NCBI GenBank assembly: GCA_016928115.1
Contig: JAFGLI010000019.1
Coordinates: forward strand, 5,066-69,065
Length of the DNA: 64,000 bases
Reading direction: 5' to 3'
From: Candidatus Woesearchaeota archaeon
Lineage (GTDB): Archaea; Nanobdellota; Nanobdellia; Woesearchaeales; UBA9642
Positions within the stretch are counted from its first letter, which is position 1, and the number at the start of each line of letters is the position of its first letter. Below the pieces are notes generated by a model. The model saw only the letters and a program-made list of their open reading frames with translations. It did not search any database and had not been told where the DNA came from. Shown in pieces: positions 26,739-36,255 of the stretch. Both the position numbers and the translations under genes were made by a program.

Positions 26739-26923
26739 AAATTAACAGAATTTATCCTGAGGACAAAGAGAAAAAAGCTTATTCTGAAATAAATCCTGAT
26801 TTTGATATAACTGTGCATTGGTTCAAAGAATTAGCTAAGAAGTATGGATTAGTTATAGGAGAAGGGCCTTTATATGAAAAGCCTGAAGAAGATAATATTC
26901 CATATCAAAACAAAAAAACTTAA
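26735..26923 (+). CDS. Hypothetical small protein, operon gene 3; its N-terminus 'MKINRIYPEDKEKK' is related to that of gene 5
   Basis: 62 aa. Confidence 0.35.
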   Translation: MKINRIYPEDKEKKAYSEINPDFDITVHWFKELAKKYGLVIGEGPLYEKPEEDNIPYQNKKT

Positions 26924-26973
26924 ATATTATATGCTTATTTCTATAATAAATTAAATACTCTCGGGGGGTAAAA

Positions 26974-27441
26974 ATGGATAATGAGTTTTTAGATTATATA
27001 AATGAAGAAAAAAATAAAGGATATCTCAGGGATTTAGATATAGAAGAAAGATTAAGCCTGGAAAAGCCTTTGGAAGAAAAATGTGAATTATATGATCTAA
27101 TGAGCCTGGATTTGGATATAATGAAAATAACCATTGCATATAAGCATAATTCTTTGGTAAAAGCAGTTCTGGATAAAAAGGATTGTGATATGAAAATATC
27201 AATAAACAAAAACTATGAATATTTTCCCAAAAAAAATCTGTATGATACTGTCGGAACAAACCTGCTTGAAGACGACAGAATAATAACAAAGAAATTTCTT
27301 GGAATGAAAACAAGAAAAGAAAACAATAAGTACATAATCAGTGCTGAATTCGGGATAAATGATGGTCTAAAGGACATTCTTGACCTTGAATTTAAAGATG
27401 AGCCTTCTGTATGCTGCTGCATAAAAAATGAAAATAAATAG
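26974..27441 (+). CDS. Hypothetical protein, operon gene 4
   Basis: 155 aa; overlaps gene 5 by 14 nt. Confidence 0.4.
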   Translation: MDNEFLDYINEEKNKGYLRDLDIEERLSLEKPLEEKCELYDLMSLDLDIMKITIAYKHNSLVKAVLDKKDCDMKISINKNYEYFPKKNLYDTVGTNLLEDDRIITKKFLGMKTRKENNKYIISAEFGINDGLKDILDLEFKDEPSVCCCIKNENK

Positions 27442-27934
27442 ATTTAACATTGAGGAAAAAAAATCAGATAATAAATATATTATAACATCTGTAAATATTT
27501 ATCAAAAAAAGAATAATTATATAACTTTTCTAAGTAAAAATAAAAAAACAGAAAGAGAGATGAATATAAGATTCGAAAAGTCAAAGCCTCTGGAAATAGC
27601 ATTGATGGGTGAAGAAAAATATATTAAAAGAATAAAAAGAGGAAGGTTCAGGTTTAATAAAAATAACCTTGCTGGAATAATAAATGACCTGAAAGGAAAG
27701 GAAATAACTGAAGGTAATAAAGAAAGAGAAAAATGCGTTAAAACAGGAAAAATGGACTTTTATTACAGCATAACATTGAAAAATGGAAAAGATAATAATT
27801 ATTCATTAAGATTTAGGTTTGACAAGCCCTTTAAATCAGTGATAGAATACGAGGAATTATCAATAAATAAAAATCATAAAAGATCAAAAAAAGAAAAACA
27901 TGAAAATCTTGAGTTAAAAGTAAGTAATATCTAA
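27428..27934 (+). CDS. Hypothetical protein, operon gene 5 (N-terminus 'MKINRFNIEEKK')
   Basis: 168 aa, basic; its stop overlaps the end of the convergent Mre11-like gene. Confidence 0.4.
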   Translation: MKINRFNIEEKKSDNKYIITSVNIYQKKNNYITFLSKNKKTEREMNIRFEKSKPLEIALMGEEKYIKRIKRGRFRFNKNNLAGIINDLKGKEITEGNKEREKCVKTGKMDFYYSITLKNGKDNNYSLRFRFDKPFKSVIEYEELSINKNHKRSKKEKHENLELKVSNI

Positions 27935-29169
27935 TTCTTTAAGCCGAATAATTCATCAGTTTCTTTTTTTATCCTTTCCTCATAAGCGTATTTCTTCTCG
28001 CCTTCTTTAATCGGGGAGCTTAACAGGTGCATCAGAGTTTTTACTGTATTGGGGGAGCTTAATAAATCCTTTATTTTTTTTGCCATATTCCCTGTATTTA
28101 CCTGCTCTCCGGACTTATCAATCAGAGTATTTTCTATTTCCTCAACACTGCCCTCTTTTACTTTAATTTCCTCAAATTCCTTCGAGGTTAATTTAGATGT
28201 GTTTTTCATGACAAAATAAGCCCTTTTTTTCTCCAGGTTATTAAATATCTCTTTAAAATTTATGTCATAAGGCTTTCCTGAATCAAGCTTTCCCTCAACC
28301 CTGATAAGAACAATAGAATCCTTTATATTCTCCTTTTCAGTCAGTTCATTAATCTCCATTTCAACTTTCTCACTGCTTTTGTTTTCAGCATTCAAAGTTA
28401 AGGCTATAACATTCTTCATCTTTAAATCAATATACTCCAGCCTGCCTTCATCCCATATATAAAATCCTCCGTGTTTTAACCTTTCCAATTCCCTGAAGTT
28501 ATTGGGGAAAACAGGCCCGGGAAAAACAACAGTGCCGTATTTTTCCTGTTTTTCCTTCATCACAAAATGCACGTGGCCTCCTGCATAATAATTAAAGCCC
28601 TTGGGCAGTATTGAAATAGATGAAGAATCCATCTTTGACAATTCCTCTGGCTTGAACTCATCAAGAGCAGTATGAAACATGAAAATCTTAAAGCCCGGCT
28701 CATTTTCCAGATATTTATAATCAAGAATACCATAATCAGTTTTCTCAAGCATGTTTCTCCTTCCGACCATGCCTGTGATTTTTGCATTTGTTATCCTGTC
28801 TTCTGTAAAGTCAAGCCTTAATTTATCATTCACCATTTTGCCTTTTACAACATTTATAACCAGGCCTGCTTTTTCAAGAACATCAATCATTGTTTTCCCT
28901 GATGGAGAAAAATCATGGCTTCCGGGGATGATATAAACATTCACTCCTTTATCTTTTACTTCTTTTAATTTTTTAACAACATTCCTCAATGAATCTATGT
29001 CGGGGAGTGCAGTATTGAATAAGTCTCCTGAAATAAGGATAAAATCCACATTCTTAGTCAAGGAAACATCAACAGCCCTGAAAAAAGCCTTTATCCCTAA
29101 TTCTTTAAGCTGCGGCTCTCTCCATCCTCCTATATGACAGTCTGCCATATGTGCAAATTTCATTATCAA
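27931..29169 (-). CDS. Mre11/SbcD-family calcineurin-like metallophosphoesterase (DNA repair nuclease-like), with no adjacent Rad50
   Basis: Phosphoesterase motifs I-VI: 'HMADCHIG', 'ISGDLFN', 'GSHDF', 'HTALDEF', 'GGHVH'; a C-terminal capping or DNA-binding-like extension. Confidence 0.7.
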   Translation of the reverse strand: MIMKFAHMADCHIGGWREPQLKELGIKAFFRAVDVSLTKNVDFILISGDLFNTALPDIDSLRNVVKKLKEVKDKGVNVYIIPGSHDFSPSGKTMIDVLEKAGLVINVVKGKMVNDKLRLDFTEDRITNAKITGMVGRRNMLEKTDYGILDYKYLENEPGFKIFMFHTALDEFKPEELSKMDSSSISILPKGFNYYAGGHVHFVMKEKQEKYGTVVFPGPVFPNNFRELERLKHGGFYIWDEGRLEYIDLKMKNVIALTLNAENKSSEKVEMEINELTEKENIKDSIVLIRVEGKLDSGKPYDINFKEIFNNLEKKRAYFVMKNTSKLTSKEFEEIKVKEGSVEEIENTLIDKSGEQVNTGNMAKKIKDLLSSPNTVKTLMHLLSSPIKEGEKKYAYEERIKKETDELFGLKN

Positions 29170-29256
29170 AAAGATAGAAGAATATATTTTATAAATATTT
29201 TTCCATACACAACCAAAAGATATTTATATTTCCTTTGTTTCTATTAAATCTATAAG

Positions 29257-29574
29257 ATGAGACTCAAAATTCCTAGACTGGGAAAATTACATGTTCCATA
29301 TTCAGAAGTAGAATACCTCGCTAGTTTTTTAGATGAGAGAAAAGATAAAGACTTAATTGGCACTCCTGAATATGAACGATTATGTCGTGTTGGTTTTATA
29401 ACTAAAAATTTGAACGCCCAAACACAAGAGTCCCTATCCACTCTAAGTAATAAAGGAAGAGATGAATTAGACATACTAATACATAATCTACGTCTCGAAG
29501 ACCAAATTAGATATTTATATAATTTATTCACCAGAAAATTCCAGAATTGGGATAAATACCATAACCTTGATTAA
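29257..29574 (+). CDS. Hypothetical protein (the strand choice against the overlapping minus-strand ORF is uncertain)
   Basis: 105-aa ORF; the minus-strand alternative (29250..29531) is Ser/Leu-rich and looks less protein-like. Confidence 0.3.
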   Translation: MRLKIPRLGKLHVPYSEVEYLASFLDERKDKDLIGTPEYERLCRVGFITKNLNAQTQESLSTLSNKGRDELDILIHNLRLEDQIRYLYNLFTRKFQNWDKYHNLD

Positions 29575-29777
29575 GCAGAAACAACATTATTAAATTTAAG
29601 TTCTTTTAACAATTCAGGATTCCTTTCCTTAACAAACAATATTTCTATTCCTATAACCTTACCTTTTTCATCAAAATCAATCACAGTATTATCATCTACA
29701 TTTTTTGAATGATCAACCTTTTCGTTTCTTAAATATATATACAGTGCATCCGCATCCTGGTCATATTCTATTTTCAT
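29571..29777 (-). CDS. DUF2283 family protein, a putative antitoxin
   Basis: 'MKIEYDQDADALYIYLRNEKVDHSKNVDDNTVIDFDEKGKVIGIEIL' is the canonical DUF2283 pattern. Confidence 0.6.
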   Translation of the reverse strand: MKIEYDQDADALYIYLRNEKVDHSKNVDDNTVIDFDEKGKVIGIEILFVKERNPELLKELKFNNVVSA

Positions 29778-29795
29778 TTTAATTAAATTTATTTT

Positions 29796-30008
29796 CTAAA
29801 CTATAAAAAAGCATGAAATTACCTTTATATATTTTTCCTTTAAATAAACCACTTTAAGTGTTTTACCATTAAGTTTTTTTACAACACAATATTTGTTCTT
29901 TTTTCTACTGATTAAATCAGGATATTTTATGGTTTCTTCAACCCAGATTTTTAATATATTTCTCTCTTTTAGTCTTTTTTCAGCATGTTTTGAATAGATA
30001 AATCTCAT
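29796..30008 (-). CDS. DUF4258-like small protein (a putative toxin paired with DUF2283)
   Basis: 'FIYSKHAEKRLKERNI...KIWVEETI' resembles DUF4258 (H...Rm.eRgI....v); DUF4258/DUF2283 gene pairs are a recurrent arrangement. Confidence 0.45.
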   Translation of the reverse strand: MRFIYSKHAEKRLKERNILKIWVEETIKYPDLISRKKNKYCVVKKLNGKTLKVVYLKEKYIKVISCFFIV

Positions 30009-30083
30009 ATAAGCAAAAGATAATGAATTATTTAAATGCTTTTTTAACAGATTTCCGAAAGGTTTTCATTAGAACTAAAATAT

Positions 30084-31292
30084 CTACTTCCTTAGCCATT
30101 CAACCTCTTTTTTATCCAGTTCCAAAAACTTTGAAATATTCTCAGCCTGCTTTTTATTCTCTTTAAATATTCTTTTCATATAAGGAATTGTGCTCTGCAA
30201 AGCCTCTTTTGATGAGCAGTGTGTTTTCTCGGCAATCTTTGCGCTTATCTCCTTCCTCTGCTGGTAGCTCCTGTTTGCCTGCCATATTCTCAAAGGCCTC
30301 ATGCTTCTTGCATAGCTCACAAACTGCTTATATCTTTCCTTTTTTGAAAGCGCAATCCCCGCAGTCAATAAATTATATATGTAAACATAATACCTGTAAT
30401 ACTGCCATCTCTTTATCCTGCCGTGGAAGACATCTGCCTTGCTCAGGTTTTCAAAGCCTTCATTTAAATCGCGGGGTTTTACATACTCTTTCGGAATATT
30501 GTTCTCAATCCAAAGGAATATCTCCTCAAGGTCCTCATCAACATCATCAAAAGCTCCCAAAGCAGTTTCAGGGCTTGTTGTCTTAAAAACCTTTTTCAGG
30601 GCATTGAATATGGACTCTTTCTGCTTTCTTTGGTCTAAATTAATTAAAGAATCATCCCTTAATTCCCCATCTGTTGTCAATACTTGCAAGTCATTTACAG
30701 CAGCCCTCATATCCCCTCCGCACTGCCTTGCCAATTGTTTTAATACAGAATCATCATATTTTATGTTTTCTTTTTGACATATATTTTTAAGATAATTATA
30801 AATAGATATATAAGAAAGGGCATGGAACTCAATTAAGATGCATTTTTTCCTTAAGCTCCTTAGTTTCTGTGTGTAAATGTCATTAGCTGTCAATATCAAA
30901 GGATAGCTTATATTTTCAGTCAGTTTCAGTATTGAGCTTATCCCCCCCCTGTCCTGATGCCCCGACAATCCGTCTATCTCATCCATAAGGATTATCTTTC
31001 CTTTTGAAAACAGGGCCTTCTGCTCCAAAGCAGGCTTTATTATGTTTTCTATGGAAGACTTGTTCCTTATGTCTGAGGCATTAAACTCAATCAGGTCATA
31101 ATTATATTCCCTTGCCAGAGCATATACTGAAACTGTTTTTCCGTTTCCCGGAGGGCCATATAAGAGCAGAGCCTTTGCTTTTCCCGGCCTGAAATTCTCT
31201 ATATATTCCTTTAAATCAGAAACAGCTTTATTCTGGCCTTTAACTCCATTAAGGGTTTTTGGGGCATATTTTCTTATCCATGGCTTGCTCAT
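30084..31292 (-). CDS. rfcL: Replication factor C large subunit. The start is placed at the internal 'MSKPWIRKYAPKTL'; the ORF-track extension to 31436 is probably not translated.
   Basis: 'PWIRKYAPKTL', Walker A 'LLLYGPPGNGKT', 'ILMDEIDG', sensor 'LTAND'; clamp-loader AAA+ architecture with a C-terminal domain. Confidence 0.8.
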   Translation of the reverse strand: MSKPWIRKYAPKTLNGVKGQNKAVSDLKEYIENFRPGKAKALLLYGPPGNGKTVSVYALAREYNYDLIEFNASDIRNKSSIENIIKPALEQKALFSKGKIILMDEIDGLSGHQDRGGISSILKLTENISYPLILTANDIYTQKLRSLRKKCILIEFHALSYISIYNYLKNICQKENIKYDDSVLKQLARQCGGDMRAAVNDLQVLTTDGELRDDSLINLDQRKQKESIFNALKKVFKTTSPETALGAFDDVDEDLEEIFLWIENNIPKEYVKPRDLNEGFENLSKADVFHGRIKRWQYYRYYVYIYNLLTAGIALSKKERYKQFVSYARSMRPLRIWQANRSYQQRKEISAKIAEKTHCSSKEALQSTIPYMKRIFKENKKQAENISKFLELDKKEVEWLRK

Positions 31293-31379
31293 ATTAAAAA
31301 AGGAATATGCATTAGTTTTTATTTTTATTGGTATAATGGGCTTTATTGAAACTCTGGGCATCTGTGCCGTGAATGTCAT

Positions 31380-31398
31380 TGATTGTTTTTGACAATCA
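31380..31398. promoter_or_regulatory. Perfect 7-bp inverted repeat TGATTGT-N5-ACAATCA in the rfcL upstream region, a possible operator
   Basis: Read directly: tgattgt ttttg acaatca, about 90 bp upstream of the rfcL start at 31292. Confidence 0.25.
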
Positions 31399-31527
31399 TG
31401 GCATGGCCAGACGGAACTGACTTTGTTCGTATACAAAGTATATAGTTAAAGTCAGTGAAGTAGAACAGAGTTTTATCAAAGCCTGGGTTTGGAAACTTTT
31501 ATATAATAACCTTCTTTACTGAAATAT

Positions 31528-32046
31528 ATGAAAGAAACTGAAATAAAAATACTTGAAATTGACAAAGAATCCATTGAAGCTAAAATAAAAGAGCTTAGCG
31601 GAAAGAAGGTATTTGATGATGAAATTCACACAACCATCTTTGATTTTGAGGATAATTACCTAAAGAAAAATAAAAGCCTTTTAAGGTTAAGAAAAGAAGG
31701 AAATGAGCATTACCTTGTTTTCAAGAAAAATGAGCAAAAAAAAGAGCTGAAAACAGCAGATGAGATTCATGTTAAGATAGATGACTTTAATAAAACAAAA
31801 ACAATACTTAACAATATAGGGTTATTTGTTGTGGAAGAGAACAGGAAACACAGGACCAGCTATAAAATTGAGGATGTGAGGTTTGATATTGATGAGTTTA
31901 AAAAGGAATATAGCCATATTCCTGCTTTTCTTGAAATAGAGTCAAATAATATAGGCAATATATACAGATATGCTGAAAAACTGGGGTTTAAGAAAGAAGA
32001 CTGCAGGCCCTGGAACTTCTTTGACCTGAAAAAATATTATTCTTAA
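31528..32046 (+). CDS. CYTH-domain protein (CyaB/thiamine-triphosphatase-like triphosphate tunnel metalloenzyme)
   Basis: N-terminal 'ETEIKILEID' (the EiEhK motif), 'LRLRKEGNEHYLVFK', C-terminal 'LEIE'. Confidence 0.6.
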   Translation: MKETEIKILEIDKESIEAKIKELSGKKVFDDEIHTTIFDFEDNYLKKNKSLLRLRKEGNEHYLVFKKNEQKKELKTADEIHVKIDDFNKTKTILNNIGLFVVEENRKHRTSYKIEDVRFDIDEFKKEYSHIPAFLEIESNNIGNIYRYAEKLGFKKEDCRPWNFFDLKKYYS

Positions 32047-32098
32047 TTTTATCAAGCAAAAAATATAAATATTTATTCATACATATTATTGAATTAAA

Positions 32099-32374
32099 AT
32101 GAAAATGACGCCAACTGAAATGAGGTTTTTCAGAGAGAAAGTTATCAAGGAATATAGAGAAAGAAGTGAAAGAAAAAGAAAGAAATCTCATTATAACGTG
32201 TTTGTCAAGAAGATAAAAAGCATTATGCCTATAAACATTGCCGTCGGATTGACAGCATCCATTATGGTAGGGGTATGGAAAGGATGGGATTCACTGGTCT
32301 ATCTTCTGCTTACGGGCGTCATATGGATTACATTGATATCAACACTTATTTCTGCACTCATAAAGACTAAATAA
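32099..32374 (+). CDS. Small membrane protein
   Basis: Basic N-terminus, two TM helices. Confidence 0.35.
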   Translation: MKMTPTEMRFFREKVIKEYRERSERKRKKSHYNVFVKKIKSIMPINIAVGLTASIMVGVWKGWDSLVYLLLTGVIWITLISTLISALIKTK

Positions 32375-32425
32375 AAAAATTTATATAGTTTTATATTATA
32401 CTTCTATAAAATAACAAATGAAAAA

Positions 32426-32866
32426 ATGGCAGAATATAAATCTGGACTGGTTCTTTTATTGGAAGCAAACGGTGCAACAGAAGAAGATTGTGAGGGAGTA
32501 GATAATATATGGAGAGAAAAGAGATTTCGTTCAGGAGAATATCCCATTGGAGGATTGGCTAAATTTATTGATAAAAGAATAGACTCTTCAAAAATAGATT
32601 TTGGACCTTTTTCTTATGACGACTGTCTGTTCCTCCTTCTTTTAGGAAAACCAAGAATAATACCTCATGCATTACAGGGTAAAATAAAACGTTTTAGGAA
32701 TGTAGGGCTTACCACTCCTTACTTGTATTCTGATGGAAAAGTTAGAGAAGGTACCACTAAAGGTGGATGGGATTATTTAGACTTTGCTTTTCATGTAATG
32801 GGCTTAGCAAACCAGTTTAAAATTCTTCGTGAGTTAAAATATCTAAAGCCTAAAATGTCAAAATGA
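32426..32866 (+). CDS. Hypothetical protein, tandem paralogue A
   Basis: 'AEYKSGLVLLLEANGATEEDCEGVDNIWREK...FHVMGLANQFKILRELKYLKPKM' compared with the neighbour's 'EEYESGLVRILKENGATEEDCKGVDNIWREK...FHQMGFFATRKFFRELKYLRSKM'. Confidence 0.5.
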   Translation: MAEYKSGLVLLLEANGATEEDCEGVDNIWREKRFRSGEYPIGGLAKFIDKRIDSSKIDFGPFSYDDCLFLLLLGKPRIIPHALQGKIKRFRNVGLTTPYLYSDGKVREGTTKGGWDYLDFAFHVMGLANQFKILRELKYLKPKMSK

Positions 32867-33237
32867 TGAATGAAGAATATGAATCTGGATTAGTTAGAAT
32901 ATTAAAAGAGAATGGGGCAACAGAAGAAGACTGTAAAGGAGTAGATAATATATGGAGAGAAAAGTATGGTCGTCCAAAAAAGAATGCTATATTTACATAT
33001 CACGACCGTCTGATTCTGGGAATTGTAGGTTTTATTAAAAAACCAAAAAAAATTCCCTGGGAAATCTATAAAGAATTTTCACTATATATACCTGAGGATG
33101 CTGATTTAGATAATGTTACTATTCTCTCTAAGATGGGGTATGAGTTATTAGAATTTGATTTTCATCAAATGGGATTCTTTGCAACCCGTAAGTTCTTTCG
33201 TGAGTTAAAATATCTAAGGTCTAAGATGCTCTTATAA
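32863..33237 (+). CDS. Hypothetical protein, tandem paralogue B
   Basis: Paralogous to 32426..32866; 4-nt start/stop overlap. Confidence 0.5.
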   Translation: MMNEEYESGLVRILKENGATEEDCKGVDNIWREKYGRPKKNAIFTYHDRLILGIVGFIKKPKKIPWEIYKEFSLYIPEDADLDNVTILSKMGYELLEFDFHQMGFFATRKFFRELKYLRSKMLL

Positions 33238-33448
33238 AGACCAAATGAAAAAATTTATATATTATTCTTACAATCTTTAAATAAAATGAAAGCTGCCGGA
33301 AAAAACAAGATATTGAAGTTGGTTTCAGTAGTCTTGGTTCTGGTAGTTGTTTTAGTGCTGTAAAGCCCATGTTGTTTCTTGGCTTTGCAGGGTGAAAAAA
33401 ACAAATAGATGATTCTGTAAATGCCTCGGGATGACAGGGACATAAAAG

Positions 33449-33787
33449 GTGATAAAAATGACAAATGTATTAATTGATTTACCTAAAGATAAACAAAAAA
33501 AACTTGATGGGATTATAGAAGATATAATAAAAAACAATGGAAAAAAAGAAAAGCTTAGGAAGGAAATCAACATCCTGATAGCAGGATTCTGTATAGGTGA
33601 TTATTTAGTGGATATTATAAACTCAGAATATAGTGAAAATGAGCTTAAAAAAATAGGATTTGAAAAACAATCTCTTTTTGAAGAAAATAAAAAAGAATTT
33701 TTAGGTTATAGAACCATCAGGGGAACTTTGTTGTTCAGAAAAATTGAGAAAGACAACGGAAAATACTCGAAATACTGTATTAAATAA
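33449..33787 (+). CDS. Hypothetical protein
   Basis: 112-aa ORF. Confidence 0.35.
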   Translation: MIKMTNVLIDLPKDKQKKLDGIIEDIIKNNGKKEKLRKEINILIAGFCIGDYLVDIINSEYSENELKKIGFEKQSLFEENKKEFLGYRTIRGTLLFRKIEKDNGKYSKYCIK

Positions 33788-33824
33788 AAAAAACATTTAA
33801 ATAAAACAAAAACAATATAAAAAA

Positions 33825-34178
33825 ATGAAAAACAAATATCTTATCTGGACTCCAAGAATATTGGGCATCTTATTTGCAGTATTCATAAGCCTTTTTGCTT
33901 TTGATGTTTTTGTTGAAGGCTATGCCTGGTATCAAACAATAGCAGGATTTCTCATACACCTTATACCAACATACTTTGTTGTAATTGCATTATTAATAGC
34001 ATGGAAATTTAAGAAAGAATTAATCGGCGGAATTATCTACATTCTTTTAGGAATATTTTATATAATCATGGTCTGGGGAAAAGCTGAATTAAAAATAGCA
34101 ATGTTAATCATATCAGGCCCTGTTTTTATTATAGGAATACTATTTATAATTAACTCACTTTTAGAAAAGAAAAAATAA
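33825..34178 (+). CDS. Small polytopic membrane protein
   Basis: Three or four TM helices. Confidence 0.4.
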   Translation: MKNKYLIWTPRILGILFAVFISLFAFDVFVEGYAWYQTIAGFLIHLIPTYFVVIALLIAWKFKKELIGGIIYILLGIFYIIMVWGKAELKIAMLIISGPVFIIGILFIINSLLEKKK

Positions 34179-34179
34179 T

Positions 34180-35040
34180 TTATTTCTTTTTCTTCTTGGT
34201 TTTTTCCTGCTTCATCCAGACTGTTGTCTGTGGGAAAGGTATTGTTATTCCTTTCTTGTCAAATTCCTCTTTTATCTTTTTAACTGTATCAAAATATACA
34301 TCCCAGTAATCCTCTTTCTTCACAGCAGGCCTTACTGCTATATTAACAGAACTGTCGCCAAGGCTCTTTACTACAACCTGGGGTGCAGGATCTTTTAAGA
34401 CTCTTTTATCTTTTTTAAGAATATTATTTATAATCTTAATTGCCTTGCCCATATCATCAGAATAACTTATTCCTATATCAAGATTAAATATTTTTCTCAC
34501 AGGATTTCCACTAAGGTTTTGTATTGTATCCCCCCATATCTTGCTGTTTGGTATGGTTATTTTTACACCATCAGGAGATTTCAATGTGCAGGCAGCTATG
34601 CCTATTTTCTCAACACCCCCTACAACGTCCCCTATCTTTATCCAGTCATCAACCTTAAAAGGCTTATGAAACAAGATAAACAAGCCAGAGGCAAAGTTAC
34701 TCAATGTATCTTTAAGTGCAAAACCTATGACAATTCCTGCAACACCAAGACCTGCTATTAATCCTGAAACATTAACCCCTAAAACAGAAAGTATTACTAC
34801 AAAAATAACAGTGCCAAGCAGAAGATTCAGGATATTCTTTATAAAAATCCTCAGTGTTTTATCACCAATGTCTTTTGAAAAAATGCGTTGTATAATAGCT
34901 CTTATTATTCTTATAGCAATCAAGCCCATTACCAGAACAATAACTGAATTTATAATCTTCGGAAGCCAAGTAGAATTAAATGAAGCTAATTTATCCATTA
35001 AATTATATTTTGAAAAAAACTCAGTTATTATCTCAAACAT
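34180..35040 (-). CDS. Small-conductance mechanosensitive channel (MscS family)
   Basis: TM3-like 'LGVNVSGLIAGLGVAGIVIGFALKDTLSNFASGLFILFHKPFKVDDWI' and a beta-domain match the MscS core. Confidence 0.8.
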   Translation of the reverse strand: MFEIITEFFSKYNLMDKLASFNSTWLPKIINSVIVLVMGLIAIRIIRAIIQRIFSKDIGDKTLRIFIKNILNLLLGTVIFVVILSVLGVNVSGLIAGLGVAGIVIGFALKDTLSNFASGLFILFHKPFKVDDWIKIGDVVGGVEKIGIAACTLKSPDGVKITIPNSKIWGDTIQNLSGNPVRKIFNLDIGISYSDDMGKAIKIINNILKKDKRVLKDPAPQVVVKSLGDSSVNIAVRPAVKKEDYWDVYFDTVKKIKEEFDKKGITIPFPQTTVWMKQEKTKKKKK

Positions 35041-35201
35041 TTAAACCCCTCTTCAAATATAATGAAAAAACAGTTCTATAAAAATGTTTTGATTATAATT
35101 AACTGGTTTTTATCCAAAGATGATTAATTCTAAAAAAATTTAAGTATTTTAAAATAGTAACAAACGAAATATTTTTAAAGTTTTATTGATTACGCTTTGT
35201 T

Positions 35202-35696
35202 ATGGAGTATAAAAATCTAAAAGAACATTATACGAACACTATGAGAAGAATTAAATATTATAAAAATTTTAGTTTTTTATTGTCTATACTCGGATTAACA
35301 GGAATTGGGGTTGGCCAGTTTCTACCAAAACCCAAAATTCCTAAAGCATATACTCAATATCTAGAAACTAAATCAAAAATTGAAAGTCTGATAGAAGAAA
35401 AAGAACGTATAGAACGTTTAGGTTTAAAAGAATATGGAAAAAATATTTCGTCTATTTTAAATAAAGAAAAAGAAGAAAAACAAATTATTGCAGACAGTTT
35501 AAAAAAGGAAAAAAGTTTTCAGGATTATTTAGAAACTAAGGAAAAAGATGATAAAAAAAGGAATATGATATTTTTGGGGGGGTTTTCAGCAACATTAATT
35601 GGAATGTTTGGAACGGTTTATTTTATGGGATTGTATAAAAGAAAAGAAGAGGAAGAAATGAAAAAATTGGAAGAAGCAGTTCTAACAGCAGAATAA
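35202..35696 (+). CDS. Hypothetical membrane-anchored coiled-coil protein
   Basis: Two TM segments flanking a coiled-coil. Confidence 0.35.
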   Translation: MEYKNLKEHYTNTMRRIKYYKNFSFLLSILGLTGIGVGQFLPKPKIPKAYTQYLETKSKIESLIEEKERIERLGLKEYGKNISSILNKEKEEKQIIADSLKKEKSFQDYLETKEKDDKKRNMIFLGGFSATLIGMFGTVYFMGLYKRKEEEEMKKLEEAVLTAE

Positions 35697-35775
35697 AAAT
35701 TAAACTATTCTAATAGGTATTATTCTCAAAAATAAACAAAATCTTTAAAAAGTTATATAAATATAATTAAAAATA

Positions 35776-36255
35776 ATGAAACACCCTTTTAAGATAGGAC
35801 TAAGCTTTGGACTAACATCGGCAATAATAACAACCCTTGGCTTAATGGTCGGGCTTAATTCAGGGACGCATTCTAAACTTGTAGTTGTGGGCGGTATTTT
35901 AACAATAGCAATAGCAGATGCTTTTTCAGATGCTTTGGGAATACATATTTCAGAAGAATCTGAAAACAAATACAGCCAAAAAGACATATGGAAAGCAACA
36001 TTTTCAACATTTTTTTGTAAATTTGTTTTTGCTTTGTTGTTTATTATACCAATTCTTATTGTGAATCTGGATAGTGCAGTATTGATAAACATAATATTAG
36101 GATTAACATTATTAAGCATATTGAGTTATTTCATAGGCAGAAAAGAGAAAACCAAGACATGGAAAGTTATTACAGAACACTTAACAATAGCAATGGTGGT
36201 TATAATAATAACCCATTTTATAGGAGAATGGATTTCAACTGTTTTTACAGTTTAA
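35776..36255 (+). CDS. VIT1/CCC1-like membrane protein (putative metal transporter fragment or family)
   Basis: '[19 protein letters not shown]...[18 protein letters not shown]' resembles the conserved VIT-family TM region. Confidence 0.35.
   Translation: MKHPFKIGLSFGLTSAIITTLGLMVGLNSGTHSKLVVVGGILTIAIADAFSDALGIHISEESENKYSQKDIWKATFSTFFCKFVFALLFIIPILIVNLDSAVLINIILGLTLLSILSYFIGRKEKTKTWKVITEHLTIAMVVIIITHFIGEWISTVFTV

Noticed and set aside
29250-29531. A minus-strand 93-aa ORF overlapping 29257..29574
   Set aside because: The + strand ORF has a more protein-like composition, so I chose it. Confidence in either is low.
30084-31436. The full-length 450-aa RFC-L ORF as given in the track
   Set aside because: The first 48 residues (MYTNKVSSVWPCHDCQ…) have no counterpart in RFC large subunits. 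The conserved 'MSKPWIRKYAPKTL' start at 31292 is preferred.
35745-36119. A minus-strand 124-aa ORF overlapping the VIT-like gene
   Set aside because: It is antisense to a membrane protein ORF with consistent TM periodicity and has no supporting features.
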